DNA of 64,000 bases, from positions 186,002,001-186,066,000 of the forward strand of contig NC_086097.1 in NCBI RefSeq assembly GCF_963921235.1, given 5' to 3'. Shown piece by piece: positions 1 to 13,561 of the stretch. This DNA comes from Mobula hypostoma. Taxonomy: Eukaryota. Positions within the stretch are counted from its first letter, which is position 1. The number at the start of each line of letters is the position of its first letter. The position numbers were made by a program, and so were the translations under genes. Under the pieces are notes generated by a model. The model was given only the letters and a program-made list of their open reading frames with translations. It did no database searches and was not told where the DNA came from.

Positions 1-212
1 TATCACAACCTGAGGTGGGGAATGTTGGCAGCTAGCATTGCATTATTGGGTAGCGGATGATGACTGTGTAGCATTAATTATTACAAAGCATCCATGAGGT
101 TTGAGCTGTTGGAGATGTGAGATTCTCCAATAGTTGGAGAGCCCTACTTTCTTCCAGCTGGTCATGTTCTCTATTGAAGCTAGCACTCTGCACTCCAGAT
201 TTCATTACTTAT

Positions 213-513
213 TATTATTGAGATAGAGTGCGGAATAGGCCCTTCCAGCTATTCGAGCCGTGCCGCCCAGCAACCCCCCGGTTTAATCCTAGCATGGGAC
301 AATTTGCAAAGGCCAATTAATCATGGGACAATTTGCAAAGGCCAGTTAACCTGCTAACCGATATGTCTTTGGACTGTGGGAGGAAACTGGGGCACCCGGA
401 GAAAACTCACATGGTCACAGTGCGAACATACAAACTCCTTACAGGCAGTGGTGGGAAATGTGCCCAGGTCGCTGGTACCGTGAAGTGTTGTGCTAACCGC
501 TGTGCTACTGTGT
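213..513 (-). mobile_element. tRNA-derived SINE (V-SINE/HE1-like)
   Basis: Core gtctttggactgtgggaggaaactggggcacccggagaaaactcac and tRNA-like head (tgctaaccgctgtgctac) in reverse. Shared with the copies at 8195 and 52045. Confidence 0.8.
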
Positions 514-644
514 GTCATCCATGGTTTGGGGTTGGAAGCGTCGTCATTCCCAAAATCACACCTCTTTCTGACAGCTCACCGTTATCAAAGCACTTTAAAT
601 GGGTATTTTTACACTTCTGATAATATAAGACATTTAGCACAGTT

Positions 645-1030
645 CCAAAGGGTATAGTCGTACAGCGCAGAAGCAGACCCATTGGACATCAAATCTGTGC
701 TAACCATCAAGTGCCCATTTACACTTCCTACGCCTGTAAAGTTAACTGTTTATTCCCCTCCATAAATGCTGCTTGACCTGCTAAGTTCCTCCAGCCTTGC
801 TCCAATCAGCATTCCCACCCTAGATTCTATCATTCATCTAAAAATAAAAAGCAATGGTCAATTAATCTATCAATTCGTAGGTCTCTAGGACCTAGGAGTA
901 AACCAGAGCAGTCGAGAGGAATGCGGTGCAGTTGCAGGAAGGACTGCGAACTCCACACATACCACTGAAGGTTGGAGTCAATGCCATGTTCCTCAATCTG
1001 TAAGGTGGCGGCTTTACCAACTGTCACTAC
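645..1030 (-). mobile_element. Older SINE of the same family, with a short PLE pLTR piece (about 741-795) inside
   Basis: Degenerate SINE core (ggacctaggagtaaaccagagca). The insert ataaatgctgcttgacctgctaagttcctccagc matches the pLTR 3' end. Confidence 0.55.
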
Positions 1031-1440
1031 GTCTCATACTATTTAAGTACAGGTAATGAATATACATCATGAATTTAATATTTAGCTTCCTAATTCTGAA
1101 ATCCCACATGTAGGCATGAAATCAGTGAATGATGCTGCCCTGCTATGATCATTGAGTGGTTCCCTGTGGAGCTGTCCAGCCCAACATCAAATAGCATTGC
1201 AAATCCATATGCAGTTCTTTCAATCTGATGTACTGTATTCAGTATTCACAATGTGGACTCCTCTATGTAGGAGCATTAAAAAGCAGATTTATGACTGAGT
1301 TTCTCAATCCCACTCTCTTTTTCTGTTTTCAGCCCAATTTAGTGTTCCAGTTGAACCTTCTATACACGAAGGCATGTTGTAAACTTAGGGACACATAATT
1401 TCAGACAAACGGCCTTTTCTTTGTGTCAGAACTGCCAGCT

Positions 1441-1900
1441 CTGATGCAAAGCCGTTGATTTATAATACCAGCTTTTGTTTTCTCTCTCCACAGATGTTGC
1501 TTGGTATGCTGAGTAGTTCCACTTTGTTATATTCAGATTTTGAGCAATTATAGTGTTCACTTCACATTTCCAACATATTTTTTTAAAGTGATCTATACTC
1601 ATTCATCTCCCACTTCCAGGAAGATCACCCAAAAACCTTTTCCTCTCTCTTTTGAATAGCATCAGCAGTATTTCTGTCATCTTGGTCTCCATGCTATCAC
1701 AGACACTTCATAATTCTACCACCACTGTCTTTGCAGATTAAAATGCACTTGTTTTCAACTTACCCAGATCTGACGAAAGATCACGGAGCTGAAATGTTCA
1801 CCCTGTTATTCCCTTCATGGATGTTCCCTGACTTGTTATCATTTCAACTTCTTTCTATTTGTTTTTATTTCAGATTTCTACCACCTGCAGTTTTTCTTTA
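1441..1900 (+). mobile_element. Decayed PLE pLTR relics with a degenerate hammerhead (CTGACGA at 1770, GAAA at 1791)
   Basis: Same motif order as the younger pLTRs (core, then ...gatg..cctgac..., then ...cacctgcag). Confidence 0.55.
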
Positions 1901-4376
1901 TTTTTTGAGAACTGGTTGGTTGTAGTCTAAGCTGTCAACAGGAAAGATGCTTAGCTAATATTTATGCAGGGGAATGATGCTGGTGAAATATGGAAGAACT
2001 GAAATTAAGGTAATTAGGTTTAAAGGTACTAGGTGTTACACTGTGCTCAGTCTCTATCAAAAATCAGTTTGGAATTTTGTTCATTATTTGTCATGTTAGC
2101 TATTTTGTCAGTGTTGCTTATTTCAATCCTACTTGTCAGTTTGTGATTATTTTGATCAAAAATTAACTCAATTTAATAAATGCTGAATGTGTTGGTGTTC
2201 AAAGTGACTTGGTTAAACCAAGATTTTGCCTACTTAACATTTTAGTAGTAGTGAAACTGAAAATGTTGGAAATAAGTAGCAGGTCAAGGAGCATCTGTAG
2301 GGATTGGGGTGGGGGATGGGGAAAGGGGAGGGTGGTGAAGGGTTAAGGTGTCAGTGTCATGACCTTTGGTTTGACAAAGTGAGCACATTGCAGTGTTAAT
2401 ATGAATGGAGATATATGTGCAAAGATGGAAAATCACATCTTTTTTAAAAAAAAGATTAAATTGATGTTGAAGGTGAAAAGGGAATGATGTTAAAAGATTG
2501 TTATCTGTTAGTTGAAAGAAATAATAGGAAATATTAATGCAAGAGTGGGAGATCCATCTAGAAAACATGGCAGAACATCATACAATTTATTGTTGCGAAA
2601 CTGGTCTGGTGGATGACAATTACAAGGCATGAGTTAAATTATATTTTTTATGTAGAGCCAGATTGGAAAAGTGATTGAATTACCATGCAGCGTTTATTAG
2701 AGTCTCTTTTGTTTTTGTCTCTTCAAGAAAAGAATTGAACTGCCAGCCTGTATAGAGTTGGCATCATATCACAATGCTGATTCAGTAAGCTGGTTACTTT
2801 TATAATACACTAAATGGACAACTTTTGTTGTGCAATTTGTAATATTGATCACTGTACTTTGAAATACAGGATAATTTCCTTGGTTATTTTTAGCATACAA
2901 AGTTCTTGTTAGCCGTATTGAGAATTGGTTAAGAAATCAAATTTCATTGAGAAACCCATTATTGTGTTAATTTTATATGTTTCTAAAGTGGAATCTTACT
3001 TACGGAGCTACATACTGGGAAATATTACTTAAAAAATCAGTAGTTGAGTTTTCACAAATGTTTTCTTAAAGGATAATAGAACATAGAAATCTACAGCACA
3101 TTACAGGCACTTTGGCCCACAATGTTGTAGTGACCATGTATCCTACTCTAGAATTTCCCTGCCGCATAGCCTTCTGTTTTTCTAAGATGACAACTAGAAA
3201 TTTGCAAACTATGGCAGTTGATGCATATGCAATTCTTGTAGGAGAACAGAAATGAGTGAATGGGCTGAGATTATAATAGCTGATCATTTTAGTTAAAATA
3301 GCTTTTTATGTAGCATTTGTTGACACTTGCATATTCTGAAGGGCAATTCACTGAGTTTATAAACTAGATCCCTTCAGTTATCTTAATCTCTCTCGTGTGT
3401 TAATCATATCTTGAAACTGTTGTCGATCTTCAAACGAGAAGCATCATAAATTAGCCACACAAAACAGGATGCTACCACTTCTCTTTCTGAATAAATACCT
3501 GAAGCTAATATTTAAAAAATCAGTTGAAAATATAATCAGAATGTGTCTGGATATACAAGTTCTCGTTGGATATTGCACACACTGCTCAGGAACTTGCACT
3601 TGTTTCTATGTACATAAAAGGAATAAATGAAATCCAATATTTAATGAGTTGTGTATTTCAACAAAATAAGTTATTGTTAAATATGCTAGTCTTTTCCATT
3701 TACATAAAAATACTTGGCAATTTTGGTTGAGTTTATTGTCTTTTAATGCTGTGTTAAACATATTTTAAAATTTCTTAACCATAGCTATTTTCCAACCGAT
3801 CCACATAAATTTGAGTAGTTTTAAAGCGTTGTGATGTTGTAGGTCCAGTTCCTAATCAATGTCTCTAGTGATTGTGGAAATGATGTGTAAAAGACAAGTA
3901 TTTATCAAATAAATATTGTAAATACTTGTGTAGGAAGAAAATTCTGGCAGTTTTCTGATTTACATGTTCCTAGACCCTGATTTAGATTTTAAGTGTTGGC
4001 ATTCAAATACTTCTGCATGAAGTAGTTAAATTGTTTCAAATGGTTAAATCCAGTACAGAAAGCATTGGAAAGTACAGTCAGTATATGCTTTAATCCTCCT
4101 CTATCTTTGTGCCCTGTTTGTACTGATGGTATGACAGTCCAAGGTAAGTGTGCTGACTGGATTTGAACTCGCAAACTCCTAAACTGCCACCAGGAGTTTG
4201 GTAAAACTTAAATTTCTCCAGATTCCCAAGGTTATTTACCCAAAGCTGATTAAATACGTTATTTCACTGATGAAATTCTGCAGCTTATGGATGGGCACTT
4301 TGAAGATAATCATCTGTTACTGTATTTTGTCTTAAAGCAACACTTGTGATTTAGGAAACAGATAATTTTACCATTA

Positions 4377-5887
4377 CAGGTGTCCCCTGCTTTTCGAACG
4401 TTCGCTTTACGAAACCTCACTGTTACGAAAGACCTACATTAGTTCCCTGTTTTCGCTAACAGAAGTTGTTTTCAATGTTACGAAAAAAGGCAGCACGCAA
4501 AAAAAGCAGCGCGCGATAAAAGGCAGCGCATGAAAAAAAAAGCACATGCCCCGAGCAGTCGCTATCCTCTGAATTCGGAATGGCATTCTCTCCAGCATTG
4601 CTTAAACACGTGCCTGTGAGCAGCCGTTAGCAAGATGAGTTCTAAGGTATCGGAAAAGCCTAAAAGAGCTTGTAAGGGTGTTACACTTGGCGTAAAACTA
4701 GACATAGTTAAGCATTTTGATCGTGGTGAGCGAAGTAAGGACAAAGTGAGTTTGGCTTGTGGAAGTTGACGAAGATGATGTTGAAGAGGTTTTGGCATCC
4801 TATGACCAAGAACTGATAGATGAAGAGCTGATGCAATTGGAAGAGGAAAGGATAACAATGAGTAATGATAAAGTACGACTTTAATTTTGAAAGGGTACGT
4901 CGGTTTAGGGCATATTAGCAAGATGGTTTGAATCCTTACAAAGAACTGTATGATAGAAAAATGCGCGAGGCTCAGCAGTCAATCATACTGTCGTTTTTCA
5001 AGCCTTTCACATCAGCCACAACAGACGACGAACCTCGACTTTGGACGTCGAGGCAGGCAGAGATAGAAGAAGATGACCTGCCTGCCCTAATGGAAACAGA
5101 CGACGATGAGATGGCACCCCAGTGTCCCATCACCCCAACCCCCAGGCCGTGGACAGATACCGATTCGCGGAGAATGCAGCGGTAGCCGGGAGGCACACAG
5201 CTCATCTTTTAAGAAAAAAGCCAAAATAAACATGCTAATTAATTATGTGCCGGGTGGCACCTAATTAATTAGCATGTTTATTTTGGCTTTTTTTCTTAAA
5301 GATGTGCTTCGTGCCTCCCGGCTACCGCTGCACCCCTACATGCTTCGCGGATTGGTATCGGTTCGCTGCCCGGAGGGTGAGGGCCACTGCACCACCCCAA
5401 CCTCCAAAGAGTCAGTCTAACACACCATCATCAGTGTGCTCGACGCTGTCTTCCTGATTCCTGTGATACTACACTGTACGTACATTATTTCTACTTTATA
5501 TCGGCTGTGTATTTTTACATGTTATTTGGTATGATTTGGCAGCTTCATAGTTTAAAGGTTACTGGAGAGCGCTTGCGCCGTGTTTTTGCCGAGAGCGTTT
5601 GCGTGAGATTTTCGCTACGGAGAGCAGTTCAGGCAATGATTGTGGAAAAGTATTTCTACTTTATATAGGCTGTGTATTTATCATATCATTCCTGCTTTTA
5701 CTATATGTTACTGTTATTTTAGGTTTTATGTGTTTTTGGCATGATTTGGTAGGTTATTTTTGAGTCTGGGAATGCTTAAAAATTTTTCCCATATAAATAA
5801 ATGGTAATTGCTTCTTTGCTTTACGACATTCTGGCTTACGAACCGTTTCATAGGAACGCTCTACCTTCGGATGGCGGGGGAAACCTG
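4377..5887 (+). mobile_element. Non-autonomous Tigger/pogo-type (Tc1/mariner) DNA transposon, internal-deletion derivative
   Basis: Imperfect TIRs caggtgtcccctgc / gcgggggaaacctg, with TA on both sides (4375-76, 5888-89). Transposase N-terminal HTH remnant MSSKVSEKPKRACKGVTLGVKLDIVKHFDRGERSKD is followed directly by the acidic C-terminus VDEDDVEEVLASYDQELIDEELMQLEE. Confidence 0.88.
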
Positions 5888-6829
5888 TACTTTCCCCCCT
5901 GCATTTCATTTCACTTCGTCTGGTATTTTTGTGACTATAGCTCCACTTGGTGACAGATCCACAGGTCTGAATTTTGCTGGGTTCCACGTGCAATTGCAGC
6001 ACTTCAGTGTTACATGCTAGTAAGTTTTCAGCACAGATGAAAAATGTGGGATTCCTGATTACGCTACTGATTTTCCTGAGATTAAACCCATGAGATCTGC
6101 AAGTCCATTCAAGTGAATTGGAATTTTAGGATTATGGGGAAGGGAGGAAGAGGAAGGTAACATTTGTGTTTCAATGCTTTTCAAGAGTTGAAAAAAAAGT
6201 TCTGAATATTAAATTTAAATGCTTTTTTAATATTCTTCCATTCGGAAGCATTGAAAACCCTTGACGGATTTGCCAGCTAACAAATCTGGTGACCGTGCTT
6301 TGCTAGTTCCCAAAGACCTTTGGAGCAGTTGTGAGGGTAATCCTGCTCCAATGTAATGCTTAAATGCTGGCTCCTGCTGCTTGGGACCTTACTGGTCAAG
6401 TCCAGGTTAGTGAGATTGATGGATAAATATGGAGGCAATAACTCTGAAGGGAAGTCCAGGCTGTTGTGCTCTGTGGAGTGTCAAAGAGTTATAGAGCATG
6501 GAAGCAGACCATTCAGCCCAACTTGTCCCTGCTGACCAAGATTCCTAGCAGGTTACCATTTGTGTAATTTGACCACTATCCCTCTAAACCTTTCCATTGT
6601 ACCTGTCCACTGTAATTGTACCTGCTTCTACCACTTCTCCTAGTTTGTTCCACAGACCCACCACCTCTGTGGGAAAAGTTACCCTTGGAGTCATGTTTAA
6701 ATCTTTCCCCTCTTACCTTACATCTGGATAAGATAACTTTAATGGGAATCTTGCCAGAGACTGAGCTGCTACATGGCACTTTTGAATTTTAATGAAAATG
6801 CGGGGAGAAAGACAACACATAATGGGCAT

Positions 6830-7365
6830 ATAAAATAAAATCAAAAAACTGGAAAATCTCAGCAGGACAGGCAGTGTCAATAGAAAAAGAAACCATTAAT
6901 AGCTTGGGTCTGACACTTTGCATCAGAAGAGAGAACAAGTTATTCTAGGTCCCAGGGAAAGTGGGAGAGCTTAATAGGAAGAAGAAAGGAAATATCTGAT
7001 AGAGAGAAATGCCGATTCCAAGGTGCATTTAAGCTTGTATGTGATGCGTTGCAAATGCTGAGTAACTTTGCACTACCTGGCCTCCTGCGACATGCTCAGC
7101 AGGCCATAATACACAAATGAAAGAGAAAGGGGGACAGTCAGTCCTGAATCAAGGAGAAAGTGTGCTATCTAAATTTGGAAAATTCACTATTGAGTGCTGC
7201 AGACTGCAACATGCTTGGGTGAAAGATGAGGTTTTGTTCCTTGAACTTGTCTTATTGTAACATTGCAGAAGGATGTGGACAGGGATCAGACTGGGAATGG
7301 GTTTGGGAATTAAAGTGCCAGTTGTATTTTGTTTTGAATCGTTCGCATTGCAATGTTTGTATAAC
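6830..7365 (-). mobile_element. Old, decayed Penelope-like fragment
   Basis: Reverse pLTR-like start (ctggaaaatctcagcaggacaggcag) and a degenerate GIY-YIG 3' end. Confidence 0.5.
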
Positions 7366-8194
7366 ACTGCTATTTATCCCACCAGTGGGAATGAACATTT
7401 AACAAGATTATTCTAGGTAACCTTTGTAATAGGATGTAACAAAAAAAGTACAACTTCACATTTACCATGTGTATTGTGGTTCACTTTAGATTATTGTAAT
7501 AGATGAAATGCAGCAATCACTTAAGCTCTGAAATTGCAATTAGCTTTTGACAGTAACTTTATTCTGTTTGAGACACAATGTTGACCAAACTTGAGAGTAT
7601 TCTTGAATAATATTTCGATGTGTGTCATCTGTCTATAAGTTTCTTTCTAGAAGGGTAATTTTACATGTGATTTTAAATTGTAGTGATGCCATCTGGTCCT
7701 ACAGTGACACAATAGAATTGATCAAATAGTTGCTGTTCTGGATTTTTTAAATGTTGTTTGGGTAGTAACTGAAGCAGAGCAGATTCCACAGCAGTACCTG
7801 TGGCTGAATATCTGAAATGATTAATAAGGTAAGTGGTTGTGCTGAACTTCTATTAATGTAGAGAACGTTGACTCAAGCTACTTCTCTCCAGTTCCAGATG
7901 TCCAATTTTTTTCAAATCAGTTTATTTTAAGAACAAGTAGCTCAGACATTATGCCAGAGTTGCATTTTTAGCCTCTCATATCAAGCCATATAAATTGATT
8001 TGTTTCCGTGTGGTTTGCTGGACTTGAAAAGTTGAGGCAGCTGAAGGATAAACGCACTGGTGCAGTCTTGATGGGCCAGAAGACCGTTTCTGTTCCGTCA
8101 TTTGCTCTGATTTATTTTCCTTCAATTTCTCCTTTTAGCTGTGTAGGCCAACACAGATCTGGTTTTATTCTCATCAGGCCAATTTTGATTTGTT

Positions 8195-8482
8195 TTTTAT
8201 TTAGAGATACAGCATGGAACAGGCCAGTCTGGCCCAATGACCCATGTTGCCCAGCAACCCACCAATGTATCACTAGCCAAATTACAGAACAATTTATAAT
8301 GACCAGTTAATCTAATTGGTACATCCTTGGATGGTGGGAGGAAGCCGGAGCACCCAGAGGAAACCCACGTGGTCATGGGGAGAATGTACAAACTCTTACA
8401 GATGGTACAGGGATTGAGCTTCTAACACCTATGCCTTGAGCCATAGTAGCACTGTGCTAATGGCTATGCTACCGTGGCACCC
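8195..8482 (-). mobile_element. tRNA-derived SINE (V-SINE/HE1-like)
   Basis: ggatggtgggaggaagccggagcacccagaggaaacccac core and tgctaatggctatgctaccgtg head. Confidence 0.8.
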
Positions 8483-8849
8483 CTTGGTACTCCCTCTACC
8501 ATCTTAAACACTCATTGCCTTCACTGACAGATTGCAACTACGGTGTTTACCATCTATTAAAAAGTACTGCAGGTAGAGTCATAGAACACTATAGCACAAA
8601 CCCTGCCCTTCAGCCCATCTAGCCCATGCTGAACTATTACTCTGCTTAGTCCCATCAACTTGCACCCAGACCTTGCCCCTCCATATCCCCCCCATCCATT
8701 TACCTGTCCATATTTCTCTTAAATACTGCAATCAAACTCATTTCGTCTCTCATGCCTCTGTAGTTATCTTTACTCCACTATAATACCAACACATCCAGTT
8801 TTAGCTCCTCCCTTGCAAACTTCAGGTTGAATTTTATCATATTAGGTGT

Positions 8850-10465
8850 CAGATCAGATCCATGGCATTCTCAAAGGCGAGGGTGAGCAGCCAGAAGCCT
8901 TGATACATATTGGTACCAATGACATGGGCAGACAAAGTGAGGAGGTCCTGAAATGAGATTTTAGGGAGCTGGGTAGAAAGCTGAGAAACAAGACCTTCGG
9001 TTTAGTAATCTCTGGTTTGCTGCCTGTGCCACATATCAGTGAGGGTAAGAATAGGATGATTTAGCAGGTGAATGTGTGGCTGAGGAACTGGGGCAGGGGT
9101 TCAGATTTATGGATAATTGCAATCTCTTCTGGGGAAGGTATGACCTGTACAAAAGGGACGAGTTACACCTGAACTCGAGCGTGTCCAATATCCTTGTGGG
9201 CAGGTTCACTCGAGTTGTTTGGGTGGATTTAAATTAATTTGGCAGGGGGATGGGAGCCAGAGTGATGGTGCTGAAGATAAGGTTGTTAGTTTACAAGCAT
9301 AGGCAATGTATAGTGAGACTCCTAGCAAGGAGAGGCTGCTGATAGGGCAAAATTGCAGTCTACAGGTTGAATGGCAATGTAAAAGGTGGACAAAATTGAA
9401 AATACATGGCCGGAGGTGTTGTATTTGAATGCACACAGCATATCGAATGAGGTTGATGAACTTGTAGTTACAGATTGGCATGTATAATGTTGTAATCATC
9501 ACTGAATCATGGCTGAAAGATGATTATAGCTTGGAGTTTAATGTTCAAGGATACACATTGTATTGAAAGGACAGGCAGGAAGGCAGAGGGTGTGGTGTTG
9601 CTCTGTTGGTTTAAAAAAAAGAAATCAAATCATTAGAAAGAGGTGGCATAGGGTAGGAAGGTGTTGAATTGTTGTGGGTAGAGCTAACGAACTGCAAGTG
9701 CAAAAACATAGTTGTACACAGACCCCCAAACAGTAGAGAGGATATGGTCTACAAAATACAATGTGAGATAGAAAATACATGCCAAAAGGGCAATGTTACA
9801 ATAGTCATGGGATTTCAATATGGAGGTAGATTGGGAAAATCGGGTTGGTGCTGGATTCCAAGAGGGGGAATTTCTATGATGCTAACAAGATGGCTTTGTA
9901 GCAACTCATGGTTGAGCCCACTAGTGGATCAGATATTCTAGATTGGGTGTTGTGCAATAAACTGGAATTGATTAGAGAGCTCAAGGTAAAAGAACTGTTG
10001 GTGATCATCAAGTGATCGAATTCACCCTGAAATTTGAGAAGGAGAAGCTAAAGTCAGATGCATCAATATTACAGTGGAGTAAAGGGAAGTCTATAAGGCA
10101 TGAGAGAGGAGCTGGCCAGAATTGATTGGAAAAGAACACTGGCAGGGATGACAGCAGAGCAGCAATGGCTGGTATTTTTGGAAGCAATTCGGAAGTCACA
10201 GGATATATACATCCCAAAGAGGATGAAGTATTCTGTGGGCATGATGACACAGTTGTGGCTAACAAGAGAAGTCAAAGCCAACGTTAAAACCAAAGAGAGG
10301 GCATATAATGGAGCAAAAATTAATGGGAAGTTAGAAGATTGGGAAGCTTTTAAATATCACCAGAAAGCAACAACAAGGTAAAGATGGAATACAGAAGTAA
10401 ACTATCTTGAGGAGGATACCAAAAGTTTCTTCAGATACGTAAAGTGTAAAAGAGAGGTGAGAGTG
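8850..10465 (+). mobile_element. CR1 LINE fragment (end of ORF1 SGNH esterase and decayed ORF2 endonuclease)
   Basis: HIGTNDM motif; LWVEL...HRPPNS; MREELARIDWKRTLAGMTAEQQW. Colinear with the copy at 37205-41300. Confidence 0.9.
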
Positions 10466-10835
10466 AACAACACACATGAAATGCTGGAGGAACTCAGCAG
10501 GCCAGGCAGCATCTATGGAAAAAAGTACGGTCGACATTTCAAGCCAAAACCCTTTGGCAGGACTGGAAAACAAAACTAAGGAGTAGATTTAAAAGGTAGG
10601 CGTAGGGTTGGGTTTGTTAGAGAGAAACGCCAGGTGAAATGTGGAGGGAGAGGGATGAAGTAAAGAGCTGGGAAGTTGATTGGTGAAGGAGACAAGACCA
10701 TGGAAGAAAGAGAAAAGGGGAGGGGGAGGAGATAAGGTGAGGGAGGGAAAAGAGGATGGGAAATGAAGGGGGGGGTCTGGGGGCATTACTGGAAGCTTGA
10801 GAAATCGATGTTCATGCCATCGGGTTGGATGCTGT
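10466..10835 (-). mobile_element. PLE 3' end/pLTR with degenerate hammerhead, abutting the CR1 fragment
   Basis: Reverse of caacccgatggcatgaacatcgatttctc ... ctgccaaagggttttggcttgaaatgtcgac ... gatgctgcctggcctgctgagttcctccagc. Confidence 0.8.
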
Positions 10836-12895
10836 TAGGAGACAAATGTCAAGATTGTATAATGTATACATGCTTGGATAATAATAAACATACCTTGAAA
10901 GTTTGTTCTTTTAGCACTGCCTCAATTTTAAAGTTTTCATTGTTGTTCCAATATCACTGTTGGTCTTCTAATCTCAGTAATTTCTTATAGTTGTACAGTC
11001 TTCCAGAATACACACTGTTCCATTGCTGCCCTTTTCAACGTTCTGGATTTTAAAAGCTCCACCACCAATAGTAGCTGTGTTTTTTGCTGCTGCAGCACTA
11101 AACTCTACTCTTTCCTTCTCAAACTAATGTGCATCTCTACCTTTCCTCTGAGCCCACTTAGAATGTACCTCTGTGATCAGGCTTTTCATGGTCTATCCTA
11201 ACATCAAGCTACTTTTGCTTGATAACACTTTTGTAAAGATGTGTTTTAGAATTAGCTGTGTCTACCTAAACTGTTGCAGAATGGCTGCGACTTGTCATGT
11301 AGAACAGCTTAAGGTCATTTAGGGATCAGCCGCAAATGATGGCTTTTCCTGTGATGCCCACATATTAGAAAATGAATCTTAAACACCTAAAAGTCAAAAG
11401 TGCCCAGTTACGATGTGACAGGTTCTTAGTGATCAATTTATTGTTCCTTGGTTACCCCATTCATCAAAAAGAGTTGTTGGTAGTACAGTCAGTTAGCAAT
11501 TAGTTGCCAAGAATTGCTGACTTGTGTTCAATTTGGGTAGTTTGTGGGTGACTTACTGCAGACGCATTTGTGCATTCCTGTGCCAAAGTACTGAACTTTG
11601 AATGGGAGTTTGAGGTGATTGCCTAGCTCTGGATTTTATTTTATGAGTGTAGGGATTCCTTGATTTACACATTTTCATTATAACATCATTAATGTTCAAG
11701 TTTGCTGACACTGCTGTCATTGGCCAAATCAAAGGTGATGACAAATCAGCAGATAGGAGAGATTTAAAATCTGTTTTGAGAAGTGCCACAATACCAACCT
11801 TTAGCTCAATATCAGCAAGATCAAGGAGCTGATTTTTGACTTCAGAAGGAGGAAACCAGAGGTCCATGAGGCCAGTCCTCATCCGAGGTAGAGTCAGCAA
11901 ATTCCCTGCTGTTCTCATTTCGGAGGACCTATCCTGAGCCCAGCATGTAAGTGCAAGTGCAAACAAAGCACGGCAACACTTCTACTTCCTTACAAGTTTC
12001 TGAAAATTGAGCATGACATCGAAAAACTTTGGCAAACTTTTGTAGGTGGGTGGAGAGTATGTTGACAGGCTACGTCACAGCCTAGTATGGAAACACCAAT
12101 GCCCTCGAATGAAAAATCCTACAGAAGGCAGTGGATGCAGCCCAGTCCATCATGGATAAAGTCCTCCCCACCATTCAGCACATCTCTATGTAGCATTGTT
12201 GCTGGAAAGCAGCATCCATTGTCAGGGACCCCTACCTCTCAGGTCATGCTGCCTTCTTGCTGCTGCCTTCAGAAAGAAGGTACAGGAGCTTCAGGACACA
12301 CACCATTAGGTTCAGGAATAGATATTATCTCTCAGTCATCCGGCTCTTGGACCAAAAGGGATAATTTCACTTGCCCTATTATTGAACTGTTCCCACAATC
12401 TATGGACTCACTTTCAAGGACTCTCATCTCATGTTCTCGATGTTTGTTTATTTATTAATTATTATTATTTCTTGTATTTATTATTTCTTCTACGGTTTGC
12501 ACTGTTTGTTGTCTTTTGCATACTGGCTTAACATCTAAGTGGGTACGGACTTTCATTGATTGTATTACGGTTATTCATCCTCCCACCACCCCACTAGGAA
12601 TAGGGTTCCCCTGGTCCTCACTTACCACCCTACCAGCCTCCGGGTCCAACATATTATTCTCCGTAACTTCCGCCACCTCCAATGGGATCCCACCACTAAG
12701 CACATCTTTCCCTCCCCCCCTCTCTCTGCATTCCACAGGGATTGCTCCCTACGCAACTCCCTTGTCCATTCGTCCCCCCCATCCCTCCCCACTGATCTCC
12801 CTCCTGGCACTTAAACGTGTAAGCGGAACAAGTGCTACACATGCCCTTGCACTTCCTCCCTTACCACCATTCAGGGCCCCAAACAGTCCTTCCAG

Positions 12896-13222
12896 GTGAG
12901 GCAACACTTCACCTGTGAGTCGACTGGGGTGATATACTGCGTCCGGTGCTCCCGATGTGGCCTTTTATATATTGGCGAGACCCGACGCAGACTAGGAGAC
13001 CGCTTTGCTGAACATCTACGCTCTGTCCGCCAGAGAAAGCAGGATCTCCCAGTGACCACACATTTTAATTCCACATCCCATTCCCATTCTGACATGTCTA
13101 TCCACGGCCTCCTCTACTGTAAAGATGAAGCCACACTCAGGTTGGAGGAACAACACCTTATATTCCATCTGGGTAGCCTCCAACCTGATGGTATGAACAT
13201 CGACTTCTCTAACTTCCGCTAA
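12896..13222 (+). pseudogene. GIY-YIG endonuclease domain of the PLE (reading frame broken upstream by TAA at about 12812)
   Basis: FTCESTGVIYCVRCSRCGLLYIGETRRRLGDRFAEHLRSV...RLEEQHLIFHLGSLQPDGMN. Confidence 0.9.
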
Positions 13223-13525
13223 GGCCCCACCTACCCCTCGTACCCCATCTGTTACTTATTTTTATGCACGCATTCTTTCTCTCACTCTCCTTTTTCTCCC
13301 TCTGTCCCTCTGAATATACCTCTTGCCGATCCTCTGGGTCCCCCCCCCCACCTTGTCTTTCTTCCCGGACCTCCTGTCCCATGATCCTCTCGTATCCCCT
13401 TTTGCCTATCACCTGTCCAGCTCTCGGCTCTATCCCTCCCCCTCCTGTCTTCTCCTATCATTTTGGATCTCCCCCTCCCCCTCCCCCTCCAACTTTCAAA
13501 TCCCTTACTCACTCTGCCTTCAGTT

Positions 13526-13561
13526 AGTCCTGACGAAGGGTCTCAGCCTGAAACTTCGACT
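13526..13561 (+). ncRNA. Minimal type-I hammerhead ribozyme motif (ACGU palindrome mutated)
   Basis: agtc-CTGACGA-agg gtctcag cct-GAAA-ct-TC-gact. Stem I is agtc/gact and stem II is agg/cct. Confidence 0.75.

Noticed and set aside
2728..2784. Possible 57-nt exon (ttcaag|KRIELPACIELASYHNADS|gtaagc)
   Set aside because: Plausible splice signals, but no recognisable homology to TMEM64 or any other protein. Such matches arise by chance in long introns.
3974..4143. Exon-like segment ending in AAG|gtaagt
   Set aside because: Stops occur in all three frames and there is no supporting homology. A non-coding exon cannot be excluded without RNA data.
7770..7834. Strong donor AAG|gtaagt
   Set aside because: Upstream frames contain stops and there is no clear acceptor.
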